From Glaucostegus cemiculus (taxonomy: Eukaryota): a stretch of DNA of 64,000 nucleotides. This document shows, piece after piece, positions 21,983 to 33,949 of the stretch (the first letter of the stretch is position 1; every line of letters begins with the position of its first letter). The stretch is from positions 33,666,001 to 33,730,000 of the forward strand of contig CDPCPM010000029.1 of NCBI GenBank assembly GCA_976551045.1, read 5' to 3'. A program made the position numbers and the translations under genes. Below the pieces are notes generated by a model that saw only the letters and a program-made list of their open reading frames with translations, did no database searches and was not told the origin of the DNA.

Positions 21983-24900
21983 CTGTAAAAATCATAGCAA
22001 ATCAATGATCTCCAGCCTCCTTAAAATGTTGACATTAATCCAAAGACACAAATATCAGAAAATTACATTCATTAAAAATATATTTATGACTTTTGTAACT
22101 ATGGCTGTACAGTGGTTTGCATTAATGTTGTCATTAATGACAATCAAATTACATTAAAAACATAAAGTGCCTTCTGCCAAGTTATCTAAAGTGCTGTATA
22201 TCACTAAAATTAAAACAATGCCTTAGCAAATAATCAAGGTCTCATAGCAATGCACAAGTAGGTCTAGTCGCAAATCCCAGTGCAACAATGTTTAATAGTG
22301 TAAAATGGTACAGTTTCTCTCCAAAAGTACATTATAAATTAAAATATTTTTCATCAATTTATTATTTATTGTAAGACATCACAGAGTTGTTTAACTCTTG
22401 AGTACCACACTTCCTTTGCAATCTGAAACAAGAGAATGGTGTTTCCTGCCACTAAATAGGTATAAATATATATGACATGAAGGTATTCCCAATAAAAAAA
22501 AGGCAAGACGAGTCAATCATTTGCTTGGGACACCTTACAAAGAGGCTGCCATTGACCTCAAACAGTTAAACTGAAATAGGTTTACAAAGTTAAGACATTT
22601 TATTTGTACATTACATGCAGTTTGCATACATCGTTATACCAATATTTTACTTAAGTATTCAAAATATGTTGTAAGGTATGTACCAGAGGGAAGCACAATT
22701 TAGATTTAACTTCAACTCAGTATAGTAATTGTGGCTTTGCAATGCCTCAAAAATATAAAACAGCTAATATATATGCTAAAGAATTAAATTACACCCAATT
22801 ATTCAAGGACAAAACTCTGTCATCATTTAGAGCATAGAAAGCCAGTCACCTTACATTCACCTTTACAGGAGAGTTAGGTGAAATAAGGTATTTTCAACTC
22901 TGTGGTTTTGTTACCCAGAACAGCGAATGGGGGGTTATTATTATCAATGAACCCATTTTATAACACTGAACCTAAAACTGAGACAACATAGAAACAGCAT
23001 CCATTTTGTTTCATTGCCTTTAATGGTATATTAAACTGAAATCAGCTTAGCTCATGGTTCATGTGCCCTGCCTACAATCCTATGATCACCTGCCTTCATT
23101 AACATGATCAGTAGTGTTTTGAATCTGAAACACTTGAATTAAATTGCTTTTTAACAACAATTTGAATAAAATGAAAGAGCTTATGTTTCAGACACCAACA
23201 GTCATCTCCAGTGTATAATGTTAAACACAAACTACTTGAATCTGTGGGAGCAAACTTGAGTAAACAAAATAAGTTTCTCCCTATGTTCTTGATGGTCGTC
23301 AAAATCAAAATACTAAGGCTGGCAAAAGAGGGATTCTGCAATTTTTATATCCATAAATTGTCTATATATGGATTGGTGTGTAGTAGGTCCCCTGATTGCA
23401 GTGAGCTCTGGTGAAGTCTGTATTGTGGTGGTGGTGATGGTGTTCTGCATGTTGCTGGCACTCACCAGTTGCTGAAATGCAGGCTGTTCTATATCACTCT
23501 GCAAAGCGAAGTCACTCAAAACTTTCCAAGGCGGTTGGTAACTCTGCACCTCCACTGGATTGGCTTGCAAACTGCTATCATGTCTCTCTGGACTGGCAGC
23601 TACCATTGGGGTTCCTGTCATCCCCTGGATATTCTTCAAATAAAGCAAGCAACAATACTTGTTACTTAATTGCAGTAACCATTGTTTCTTTTTTCATTGT
23701 GTTAACCATGTATGCAGCTCAGTACAACCTTCTGTACTGAGCATCTTGTAATGCAAACACTTTATAAAGATTGGTTTAAGCCACTTCCTGTCTCCTAGCA
23801 GCTTAAAGTCTGTCATCCTCAATGCAAGTGGTGGTATGTTATCCCAACAATTTCATATGAAACAGATAAAGTAGTTCATTCAATATTAGTATCCAACAAA
23901 GAATTCATCTGTGATCTTTAGATTTAATAATCAATGCATTAAATGATTTGGACTCTGCTAATGATGTTGAACAGTAATTGTACCCACTATCATCACTGGA
24001 CTAGCCAAGACCAAGTACTACTGAAAATTAACAACATATTTAAATAAAGATTATTTCCAGTGTTGGAAATACCATATTCCTTCACTTAAAACAAATCTTT
24101 GGTCTGATGATGGTAACCTTAATAGAAGGTAAAGGGGATTGCCCTGAATGTAATGGTTGTGTTTATAAGGTAAAATTATTTTTAAAATATTATTATAATT
24201 AACAAAAAATCATTTAATGCTTGATAGAGAGAACTATATTTCATCCGTGCAAGCAATTGTATTAACTTTAAAGTTTTTTTTTCAGTTTCACCCAAGGTAT
24301 TAAAAGGTATTTCAAATTCACCAACAATAAGTTTGCCTGCATGAATTAGAAATATGTAATTTATCATAGACAAATTATTAGAATTGAGAGGCGTTGTTGA
24401 GGAAAAAATCAGGTTTTAAACGTGATTTTCTGAACCGTTTGTTTTACAGTTTGCATAGAGATTGGCATTTTGCGTCCCAAAATTTCTATCTAAGCGCTGG
24501 AAGGTAAGACACTTACTGTTTTGTCGTTGGGTTGCTGTTGTTGCAGTTGTTTCATGAGCTGACTCCTTTTTTTGTCTTTACAGCGCTTGTTTTGAAACCA
24601 GACTCTAATGACACGGGGGCTCAAGCCTGTCATTTCAACGAGCTGCTCCTTCATGAGCGCATCGGGTCGGGGGTTGGCTGCATAACAAGTCCGTAAAGTG
24701 TGGAGCTGCTTCTCGTTCAGAACTGTCCGAACCCGCGTCGTCTTCTCAGGCTGTTTATGAACGTGTGGCCTCAAAGCTGGTTGTCGGACAGAAATGGGCT
24801 CTGCTACAAATAAAAACAGGCGACATATCCTAGCTTTGTTGAATAGCATGACAGGCAAAAGAACTTGGTCTAATTATTTGCTCTGACAATAAAATTGAAT

Positions 24901-27900
24901 CTTAAAAAGATCCTAGAGTCACGGTGATGAAGTTGGGCGAATTACAAAACAAAACCTCACACTACAAAATAAGCGAATCACGGATTTGTCAGAGAATCGG
25001 ATCTCAAATGAAGCATTAGGTCAGAATTTACATTAAAATCAAATTAAAAGTAATCTTGCAACTTCCCGACATGGTGTCCGAGACCGATTTAACTGCATGA
25101 AGCCAAAAAGCCAAAATAAATAAATCCTTAATATTTTCTGAATGCATTCTGTAAATTATCTGCAGATACCAATTAAATTTAAATCTTTTAAACAGCAGTT
25201 GAAAAGAAGAATTAAATCAATGGGTTTCAGGTTCGGCTTCAATAAGAACCGCATTCTTTAGTTACCTGATGAATACTAATTGCAGTAAATTTGGTACAAA
25301 TGCAGTTTTGGATACAAGCACATTGCTGATCCAATCAACTCTCTAAAGGAAGTCAAGCGATCAGTGACTTGTCGCTTTTGCCACAGTCATCTCCCTTGTA
25401 TACAGGTTTACATTACAGCAACTTTGTTTTGCACTATGTTAGACCAGGTTCCATTCTTCATGCAGATATATGAGGTGATAAACGGAGCTCCCGTAAAGTT
25501 TCAGTGGTGTGATAAAAAAAACATTTGATGTGGTTATCAAAGTTTCTGTGGACGGTATAGCATGCAAAATTACATTTTCAAAAATCTGCTATTTGTTTCC
25601 CTGAAAAAATATCCCTTTTTTCGGTCAAAGTGAAATGTTTGAATGATCATTGGTCATTATCCGGTTATGTAAAAAGCATGCTAAAATGAGTGTGATAAAA
25701 TGTAATAAAATGGACAATATAATTTATAAAGGAAAAGTATTTTTGTACGTATAGAATCTGCATTCCTAAGTAGATTATTGAAAATTATACAAAGCCGCAA
25801 GACCAGTGAAATATGCATCAAGCGTTAAAAGTGGGATGTTGCAATTTGATATTTAGTGTGAAACATGTTACTTGAGCAAGGTTGCATATTTACCTCCAAA
25901 ACCCTCCTGCTATAAAGAATTAAAAAAAGAACTATGGCTGCATACAATAAAATCTAATATTTACACTGGTATGAAATATCACATACGCCAGACCCTACTT
26001 GAAAAGTCCTCAAACCTATAATTATGTAGATTTCACATCGATTCCCTTTCGGAATGCACTGTATTTCAATAAGGGCAAAATGTATTCGATTATTTTTGGA
26101 TATCTAAGTAAAGGAGGTTACACCGCCCTTACAGACAATAAAACCATACATCAAATGATCTTTGAGCGATATAAATTGAAACATCAATTCTTGAAAATTG
26201 CTTTGATATATGCAGATTATTACAGAGATCATTCTTAAGATATTTTAAAGCAACTCTCAAATTCGTGGTTTAACGTTAATGTCTTAATTTACATAAATAT
26301 TAATAGGAAATATCACTGGACTAAAGTTCCGTTGTCGACTTCAGATTCAGGCAAATCTTCATAAAAATTAACTCAATTGAATAGCGATAGGAAGCCAAGT
26401 GAAGATAAGTGTCTTCAAAGCTCTTGTCTCGAACTACTGATGATTTAAACAGTTCAAATTGAAACCCAAGAGTAACTGGAATTGTTCAGAAAGTTTTAAA
26501 ATCAGGTGGAGGGAAAGAATATCCACATGTTAAACATGTTTGTAGTTTATCGTGAATGGTATCAAATATATGTATTTTTTAAAAATCAGGTACAAAGTAA
26601 ATGGCTCAATCCAGACTGTACAAGGCCCATTGTCAAGATCTAAAACTGCAGTGAATGTAGGAAAATCCAAACAAAAAAACTTAAGTTCACTGTGCCAAGT
26701 CATTACGATTGTACCCTGGTTATAATTTTTTTTAATGTAAGTTCAAAATGTAGTATAGAAATAGGAGAGTTGTTTTCATTCCATGAAATATGAATGTTTT
26801 TTAAAAAATAAAATCGAGTTTTGAAAGCGTACATACCCGCCATCTGTAAGGGTCTGTTGCCGTGCATGGGGCTGAGTGGGTCTGGGCCAACCGACGCTCG
26901 CTCGACAACGTCGTGGTCAGCCCGGCAGAAGAGTCCGTCTTCCCGCAACGCGAATTCATCACCGGGAATGAGCTGGCGACTGCACGCCACACAGCGGAAG
27001 CAGTCGATGTGATACACCTTACTGCGCGCTCTCATCACAAAGTCATTCTTACTGAATCCTATATTACACTTTGCACATTTAGTTCCGTATAATCTGCAAG
27101 TCAAAAGGTACGAGGGAAATTTACTAATGGTGAAAAGTGCTTCCAGTATGCCATATACTTCAACACAAGGCTGTAAGGTAGACCAAAGAGACCGAGACAG
27201 AATTACTTTTGATATGATTATGTAGGTTTATTTTGTCAAAACAAATAACATCCTATTCAAACAAAGGACCAAATTACACTTCATGTTACTCTTAACGTGA
27301 AACATATTTCCTGGTTTAAATTTTGAATTGGGTTACTACATCATGATACAGTTCTAAAAAATGCTAAAGTATTTAAACCTTTATAATGTACAAATATGAA
27401 GCAAGCTGGCATTCGATCTAACGTGGTTTATTTATAACATTTCAAATTATCTACAAAATGTACGTGCTGATATGATTTTAAATCCTTGCATGTTGTCATG
27501 CTAAACATCAACATTCATTTTTTAACCAATCCAATTTATTTAATCCAAACTAAAAAAAAGTCATGTTGGAACATCTACAAATAAAACTTATTATTTTGAG
27601 AGTTAAGTTTTCAACTGGCGATGATGTTTCTTACATTGTTTTTCAGAGTACAGCAAAGACTTCATTTTAGGCTTGATCTCCCCATTTTGACGGAAAATAT
27701 TGAGTGTTCATTGGTAAATGTTAAACAAATCAACACACCAGTTTATGCACAACATTTTACATTGCAAGTTTTAATGTTAGGTGAAAATTGCTGTAAAAGA
27801 TTACTTAGTGTGCCACTATTTTGCTATATGACAGTGCCCACAGAACTTTATTTGCATTTTCAGTTCACCTGCCTCATTTCCAAACCATAATTACTAACAT

Positions 27901-29374
27901 TCGGAAATACACAGATTAAACTGATGACAGCGAAGTTTTTATTTAACGAATTGGTGTATCCCGTAAATAGTTAAAAGCAGCCAATCGGTTGTTAAAGCTG
28001 TGATATGTGGACTTCAGAACCAAGGGTGTCAAAATTCGCATATTCCATGTTCACAGATTTGTGTGTCTATCAAAGGAAACAGTTACATGATATAAATATG
28101 CCAATTGTTCGCTGCCAAATAATGGGAAATTTGATCTCCTCTCCCCGCCAGTTAAGATAAGATAAGGGAAAACGAATAAAGCCATCGAAGGGTTAACAGT
28201 TTGTTGGTGGGTGGGTGGGTGGGGTGGGGGGTGCATTTAGAGAGAGCACAGGAACGATATTGCTGGAATATTATCTTTATTTAAAGTATCCAAGATCTTC
28301 ACTCACCGAATATAGTCTCTCTTGCAGTACGTTTTGCCATCCCTAACGAAGCAGGTACAGGTTTCGTCCAAATACTGATTACACTCTGCACATTTTAGAC
28401 AAGCGGCATGCCATTCCAGATCCGGAGAAACGCGAAGAATATACTGATCATGAATCTGATTCCCACAACCAACACACAGTGAAATAAGGCGTTTTTCTGT
28501 AATTTGATATGAAAATGGTGTCGTGAAACCGGTCAAAGGCTTCTTGTAGCAGACATATATTCCACTATTGTTTTATTTTATTTAGCTGTTACATTTGCTG
28601 GATAGATCTCTAGATATATTTTCAGGCCGTACTGTAACAAGGTGGCGTCTAAAATAAGAGATTAAAACAACTGGAATACTGTTAATTGTATCTTTAGTGT
28701 TAAGCGGGTTACTTAAAAATACTCTAAATCAACAGGAAATAAACTTCCATTTCTGTGTTAGCATTTTCTCAGTTTTCAACAAAACGCGTGCAGAGATAGG
28801 TTTCTGATATTTGAAAAAATATGAAGAATCTTTAGCAGCATGCAAACTTTTTTTAAACTGCGTGCTTATATATGTATATGTTTAGAAAACATTCCAAAAT
28901 AAGTCCATGCATCATATTATTACAATTGGATTTTTTACAAGCAGAAATATACAATTGTTAGTAATATCAAATTGTGCTTATCTTAGCTGAGAGCCTGAAA
29001 AATCAGATGCCTGTATCTGACAAGGCTCTGAAAGAAGTGATCCAAATGCTCCAAAAAATGTTTAGCACTGCTTTACTTCAACTCTATGCTTTTATTCACA
29101 CGTATCGCGAGTGGTGGGAATACATTTAACAATGCAGACTCAATGGAAGACTTTTTTTTTACCTGAACCTTCAGATCACTGCTGTACAACTTATGAAATA
29201 AACCAAAATTTTCCAATTAATGTTCAAGAGCAATGAAATTAAAATAAAAAGCCAGAGATAACAGTAAAGTTACAGTTACAGGAACTAATCAACTCCTTGC
29301 ACCTGAATCCGATCCTCGAAATGCAACAGCAATGAAGAAAACTTACTTTTGGGTGGATCTCCCATGTCTCCCAT
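21866..29374 (-). CDS. ISL1: ISL1 / Islet-1 LIM-homeodomain transcription factor, spliced CDS join(29374-29347, 28496-28307, 27093-26837, 24803-24517, 23633-23466, 21982-21866); 1047 nt, 348 aa
   Basis: Exons join in frame with GT-AG introns. N-terminus [32 protein letters not shown], two LIM domains, homeodomain ([20 protein letters not shown]...[11 protein letters not shown]) and C-terminus [38 protein letters not shown] match ISL1 rather than ISL2. Confidence 0.98.
23466..23633 (-). CDS. ISL1: ISL1 exon 5 (Lhx3-binding domain region)
   Basis: [56 protein letters not shown]; acceptor AAG, donor GTGAG; 168 nt. Confidence 0.97.
24517..24803 (-). CDS. ISL1: ISL1 exon 4 (homeodomain)
   Basis: [29 protein letters not shown]...QQQQPNDKT; acceptor TAG, donor GTAAGT; 287 nt. 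Confidence 0.98.
26837..27093 (-). CDS. ISL1: ISL1 exon 3 (LIM2 + linker)
   Basis: LYGTKCAKC...[30 protein letters not shown]; acceptor CAG at 27096-27094, donor GTATGT; 257 nt. Confidence 0.98.
28209..28231 (+). repeat. (GGGT)n G-quadruplex motif in ISL1 intron 2
   Basis: GGGTGGGTGGGTGGGGTGGGGGG. Confidence 0.85.
28307..28496 (-). CDS. ISL1: ISL1 exon 2 (LIM1)
   Basis: [11 protein letters not shown]...CKRDYIR; acceptor AG at 28498-28497, donor GTGAGT; 190 nt. Confidence 0.98.
29347..29374 (-). CDS. ISL1: ISL1 coding exon 1 (MGDMGDPPK + 1 nt)
   Basis: ATG at 29374-29372 in strong context GAAATGG; donor GTAAGT at 29346-29341; 28 nt; too short for the ORF track. Confidence 0.96.
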
Positions 29375-29579
29375 TTCTTGTTATTGTGCAAAAGTTTTGT
29401 TTTGTTTTGTTTGCTTTTTCCCTTGGATTTTGTATTTTGTTTTGGAGGGGTGGGGAGGCAGGGAGTCCTTGGTTATATCCACAGAGCAGGGCCGGTTAAG
29501 AGGAGTGCGTTCGCCGCTGCCAGACACTGGGGAAGGGGTTGTGCACGGAGGCGGTGTGCGCAGTCCTGCCGCTCATGCT

Positions 29580-29900
29580 CACTGCTCCTTATCTTTCTCA
29601 CACTCTGATTGCGCTTCCTCGAACCTCTCGCCATTGGTCTGACGTAGAGCGCGCCTGACGTCAGACGCACGCCGTCTTCCCCGTTCTCTCTCCCTCTACT
29701 CCCTCCCTTCACCCTCCCTCCCTCCACCGCCCCCCCCCCACCCCACCTCTCCCCAACCCCCTCAACTCCCTCTCCCCGTTGGCCTCTCTCCCCACCACGC
29801 GGTGATTGGTCCAGGGCTCGACCCGGGCAGCACCAGATGTTTGCATTGTCTTGCCCGGGAGGCAGCGAGTGCCTGCGCGCCGGGCTTCAGCGCTGCTGCT
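29580..29900 (-). promoter_or_regulatory. ISL1 proximal promoter / 5' UTR CpG-island core
   Basis: Palindromic CRE CTGACGTCAG at 29655-29664, half-CRE at 29640-29645, CCAAT boxes (minus strand) at 29637-29633 and 29809-29805, GATA site AGATAAG at 29594-29588, G-rich GC-box tract 29680-29790; high CpG. Confidence 0.75.
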
Positions 29901-31567
29901 TGCTGCTACTGCAGCTTCTTCTCGCCAAACCCTTGGGCCCTTCAGCTTCATTTCCTTTCTCTTGCCCCGATTTCTTCCACCACCCCCTCCCCTCCCGTCC
30001 CTTGCTCCCATGTTCCTTTCTCTGTCTCTTGAGCTCCGGATCTGCTCTTCCAGCCCCCTATTATTTGACCGTCTCCGTTCTGTTTAGCATTTGACGACCG
30101 TCTCCTGCAGCCCAGCACCTGTATATGCACATTGGTGGTGCCCATAAGCTCCTTTGAGCTTTGGCAATTAGCGTTCATTACACCTCAAAGGTTCAGCGTT
30201 ATTGTTAATATTTTGCAATTACTTGAATTGGAGAGTTTAACTTTCTCCCCGCCCTCCCATAGGTAATTCGAATCCGAAATCATTTGCCTGATGAAAATCT
30301 TCCAGGATGCGGTTTTCAGCACAACAGCTCATGGGATATGGACATTTTGTTTTACAAACACATGTTTGACAAAATCGGGGTTGTAAGTAGGATTGCGAAT
30401 AAGTTACAATAAGCACGCAATCGGATTTTTTTTAAAAAATGCGTTACGTTTAGGTGTTTAGCGCAGTGCATGGCAAGGTCAGTGTGCAGTTAAGGAGACA
30501 GTCTAGCTGCAATAAACGCGATACTGCTTCCACTGCAGACACGGTACAAACCGAAACAATAAAATGCGACTATAACTGCTTTCGATTGACTGTTTTACGA
30601 CTTATATCTTTCTTGAATAAATAAATATGAGGGCAACATATGCATCTTGTTATACCCAGGGTTTCCACGAGACAAGTTGATAGTGCAACACCCAGTGTAG
30701 ATAATCCATTGTCTTAGTTCCTTTCTGGAGAAGGTTGCGGAGAGTGCTTCAGGACAGAATGCGATGTGCAGAATAAGAACTGATCAATTCTGCCGAGTTG
30801 CAAATCCGAAGTTTTCTAATCTGTTTTAGGCGTCATGTGTAAGAAAAGTGCAACATTAAGGTAAGAACGCTGGCATCAGACATCATACTTTTCTACGGTA
30901 TTATTTAAAGGCGAAATCTGATTTAATGAAAGACAATAAAATAATAGGAAAGTATTTTGCAAGTACAAGGTTGCTTCCAAAATGAGGGTGTATGTATTTT
31001 ATCATTTAAACTCACTCCTGGGATACGCACAAAGCATCTCGATAAGAGCACGTTTGATTGAAAGGACTCCAAGGGTATCATTGAGTCTGAATATATGAAT
31101 AAATAATTTTACTGATATCTACAATTTAGCGATTCAGAATTCGTGCAAAGGCTGGGCTGGTGTCCTGGAGCAAAACGGTCTGAAGCATTCACGGCAGAAC
31201 CTGCTATTTCCAAAATTTCCGCAGAGACCTTTTTTTTAAAAAAAACTCTTCTGACTTGAATATGATGAGCCTAGGGATCTCTGAATGTGACCGCCCCAAC
31301 TAAATCCAAGGAGGGCGGAAGTATTGCTAAAACGAATGGAAACCCCTCAAACCTAATCGACAGCTGCAGTTTAATGCACAATTTGAACAATTCTGCAACC
31401 TTTCCAATGTGTGTGAATGAAATCGCCCAGTTTCTCTGTAGGACTAATGCGTTGACCAGTCTGTTTTCTTTAATCAACAAAAATCACGAACGTTTCTCCA
31501 GAATCTTTCACCCTTAGCTTATGAAGCTAATGTCACTCCTAACAACACTGTTCCGTTGTGCATAATT

Positions 31568-31600
31568 TGTGTGTGTGTGTGTGTGTGTGCGCGCGCGCGT
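31568..31600. repeat. (TG)11(CG)5 compound microsatellite
   Basis: 33 bp of perfectly alternating purine-pyrimidine. Confidence 0.95.
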
Positions 31601-33949
31601 CCGTGCGTGTGTACATTGTAAAACAGACGAGCCCACAGTCCATAGGCGAGTAACGAAAGTACTGCATAAAATACTAACAACAAAAGACGAGCAACTTTGC
31701 TTTCTCTTCGAATCTATGATGCGTGGACCCTGACTAAAAAGACATAATAAAAATGCAAATCAGAAACTGGGGACAGGCTGGCGCGTTGGATCATGAACTG
31801 TCCATTCTTGCATCTTCTGCCCTTGAAATACAAACACTTATAACGAGCTTTACCTTTTTATACAATATCAGGAGTGCACATTTGAACAAACTTCATTAGC
31901 CAGGGTTTTTTTTAAAGATATGAGCTAGTGATTTAGGAGTAACACACGTGGGTGGCACGAGCAGGAGACACCGGTGCGTTTTTTTTCGATATTTCAACTG
32001 TGCGTAAACCTAATACGTAATTACAAAGAATAATTGGGGATAATAGTCCTAAACTGACAAATAAGCACGTGGTTTAACGGAAGCCTATAGTGACAGACTA
32101 CAGTTCAGTGAGGAAAGAAAACAAAGCGTTTAGCAGTTTGTCCGCTGTAACATTGCAGTAAATTGTCCGAAAACCCAGCGCTTTTAGACCCAAGGTATCC
32201 CTGTCCCAATGATCTACTTGTCAATTTCAGATCAGTTTCCTATTCAAAATCAACGAGCCAACCTGTAATTGCTACTCAGTTTGAATTAGAAGAGAGAGAA
32301 AAGGGGTCGGTGGCAATTATGTTCCAGCAAGTAAATTAGCTTGTTTAAAATTGGAACATAGTAGTTAGAGGACACTAACTAATGATAATTTTTGAATTTA
32401 GTTTCTCCGTGGTTCTTTTTTTTCATCAAAAAGCAGGATGAAGCCTTATTTATTTTTCGGAGAGCAGCTCATTTAAAGTATTACCATGCCTGGCGACAGT
32501 GTCAAAAAGACGAGAATGGGTATTATTCTAGACCAAAGGATACTAAACTTAAGTAATAGAGCATACAATATAATATATACATCTTAGTGTAATTTGCCTT
32601 ACGCCGTTTCCCGAAATTACATTACTCTTCCTGTCATGAGGACTTAAGCCAGTGCTGCCGTTATAGCCAACCGTTCCCAAATTTACCGACAGACCAGAGA
32701 AAGACCAAGGGCGATAGGATCCCTAAAATGCTCAGCCACGGGAAATGCTCCGTGGGCGCTCATCGCATAGAAGGGGTTACCAACTTGCAATACTGATCAT
32801 GTGGATAGGAAAGCATTCATCCTCTCAACCGAAGGATTGCCTATAATAATTTTTGAATATATGTGTTACTATTAACAGCTTCATTCTGCTGCTATTACCC
32901 GTGAAGCACAATCAATTCACCGCGACTAATTCCATAGTTCAATAATACTTATAACGATACAATATCTCACTTAATTTCTTTCCATTAATTGCTATGAACT
33001 TTAACGTTAAGTCCGAAGTCAAAATAATTAAGGGCAAATGTTTTGAATTTTGACCAGTAACGAATTGATTGTTCAAGCTACAGTACTAAATGACTGAAAT
33101 TGTGCTATAATTATGTTGTTGTTCTTGATTTCAATAAGGTAATCTTACAATTGTGTCGTAGCTATCTTCCAATACGCTGCTTATATAACCCGTAGTATTC
33201 AGAATATCAGTCAATTGAACCGAACAATTCACGTGAAAAGAGGGGAACGATTTTATGTCGGCATTGTATGTTACTGCTGATTTAAGCTGTTTTGGAATTA
33301 TCAAATCAATGTTTTAATAATGATGATTTGATCTTTTTAGCTGTTTTTTTTAAAATATTTAATCAAACGTAAACGTTTTCACAATTTTTTTTAGATATTC
33401 TAGCAGCACATGCCTTTCACACCGCTGTTTGTTGCCTTTACGAGGGGAGGTGGTGGTAGGGGAAGGTCATGCAACCCTTTCTCCATGGCAATTTATTAGC
33501 TTTAAACCCACATTCTTTAAAATGGCACAGAAATCTAGCCATTCATCTGACATCCATTTTTAGCAACCATCATTTGATAAACATTCTGTTTTAGTACACA
33601 GGTTTCGCCTACAGGACGGATAAATGGGCAAATTATATGCGAGTATATGCGCTTGTCAAGCAATGTGCAAGGGAGACATTCAGCAACAATCTTTTCACTG
33701 GACATTTCGAATGCACGATTGCGCCCCATCTTACAAGGCACCCGTTGTAAAGTATGTGACAGTCCATTTTGGTGGGATGTGATCTGCTTTATATATCAAT
33801 GGCAATGATATGGAGTTGAATCTTATAACCTGCAGAAGTCAGTTACATGTTGACCAGCCAAACGTTTAAGAATACCTCCGGTTTCACGATATAGCGTGGA
33901 CTTTTCACCCAATGATGAAATTAGGATGGATTTTAGCTATCTGGAAGAA

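Noticed and set aside
21702-22157. 151-aa + strand ORF
   Set aside because: Antisense shadow over ISL1 exon 6 and its UTR; no homology.
23313-23465. Read-through of exon 5 into intron 5 giving an alternative 50-aa C-terminus
   Set aside because: A strong GTGAGT donor is present and exon 6 is intact; an open frame of this length is expected by chance without transcript evidence.
26523-26541. p53-like double CATG site in intron 3
   Set aside because: The half-sites overlap by one base and the first has three mismatches; not a canonical element.
29349-30178. Cluster of overlapping ORFs on both strands at the promoter
   Set aside because: Explained by high GC and low stop-codon density; the peptides are low complexity.
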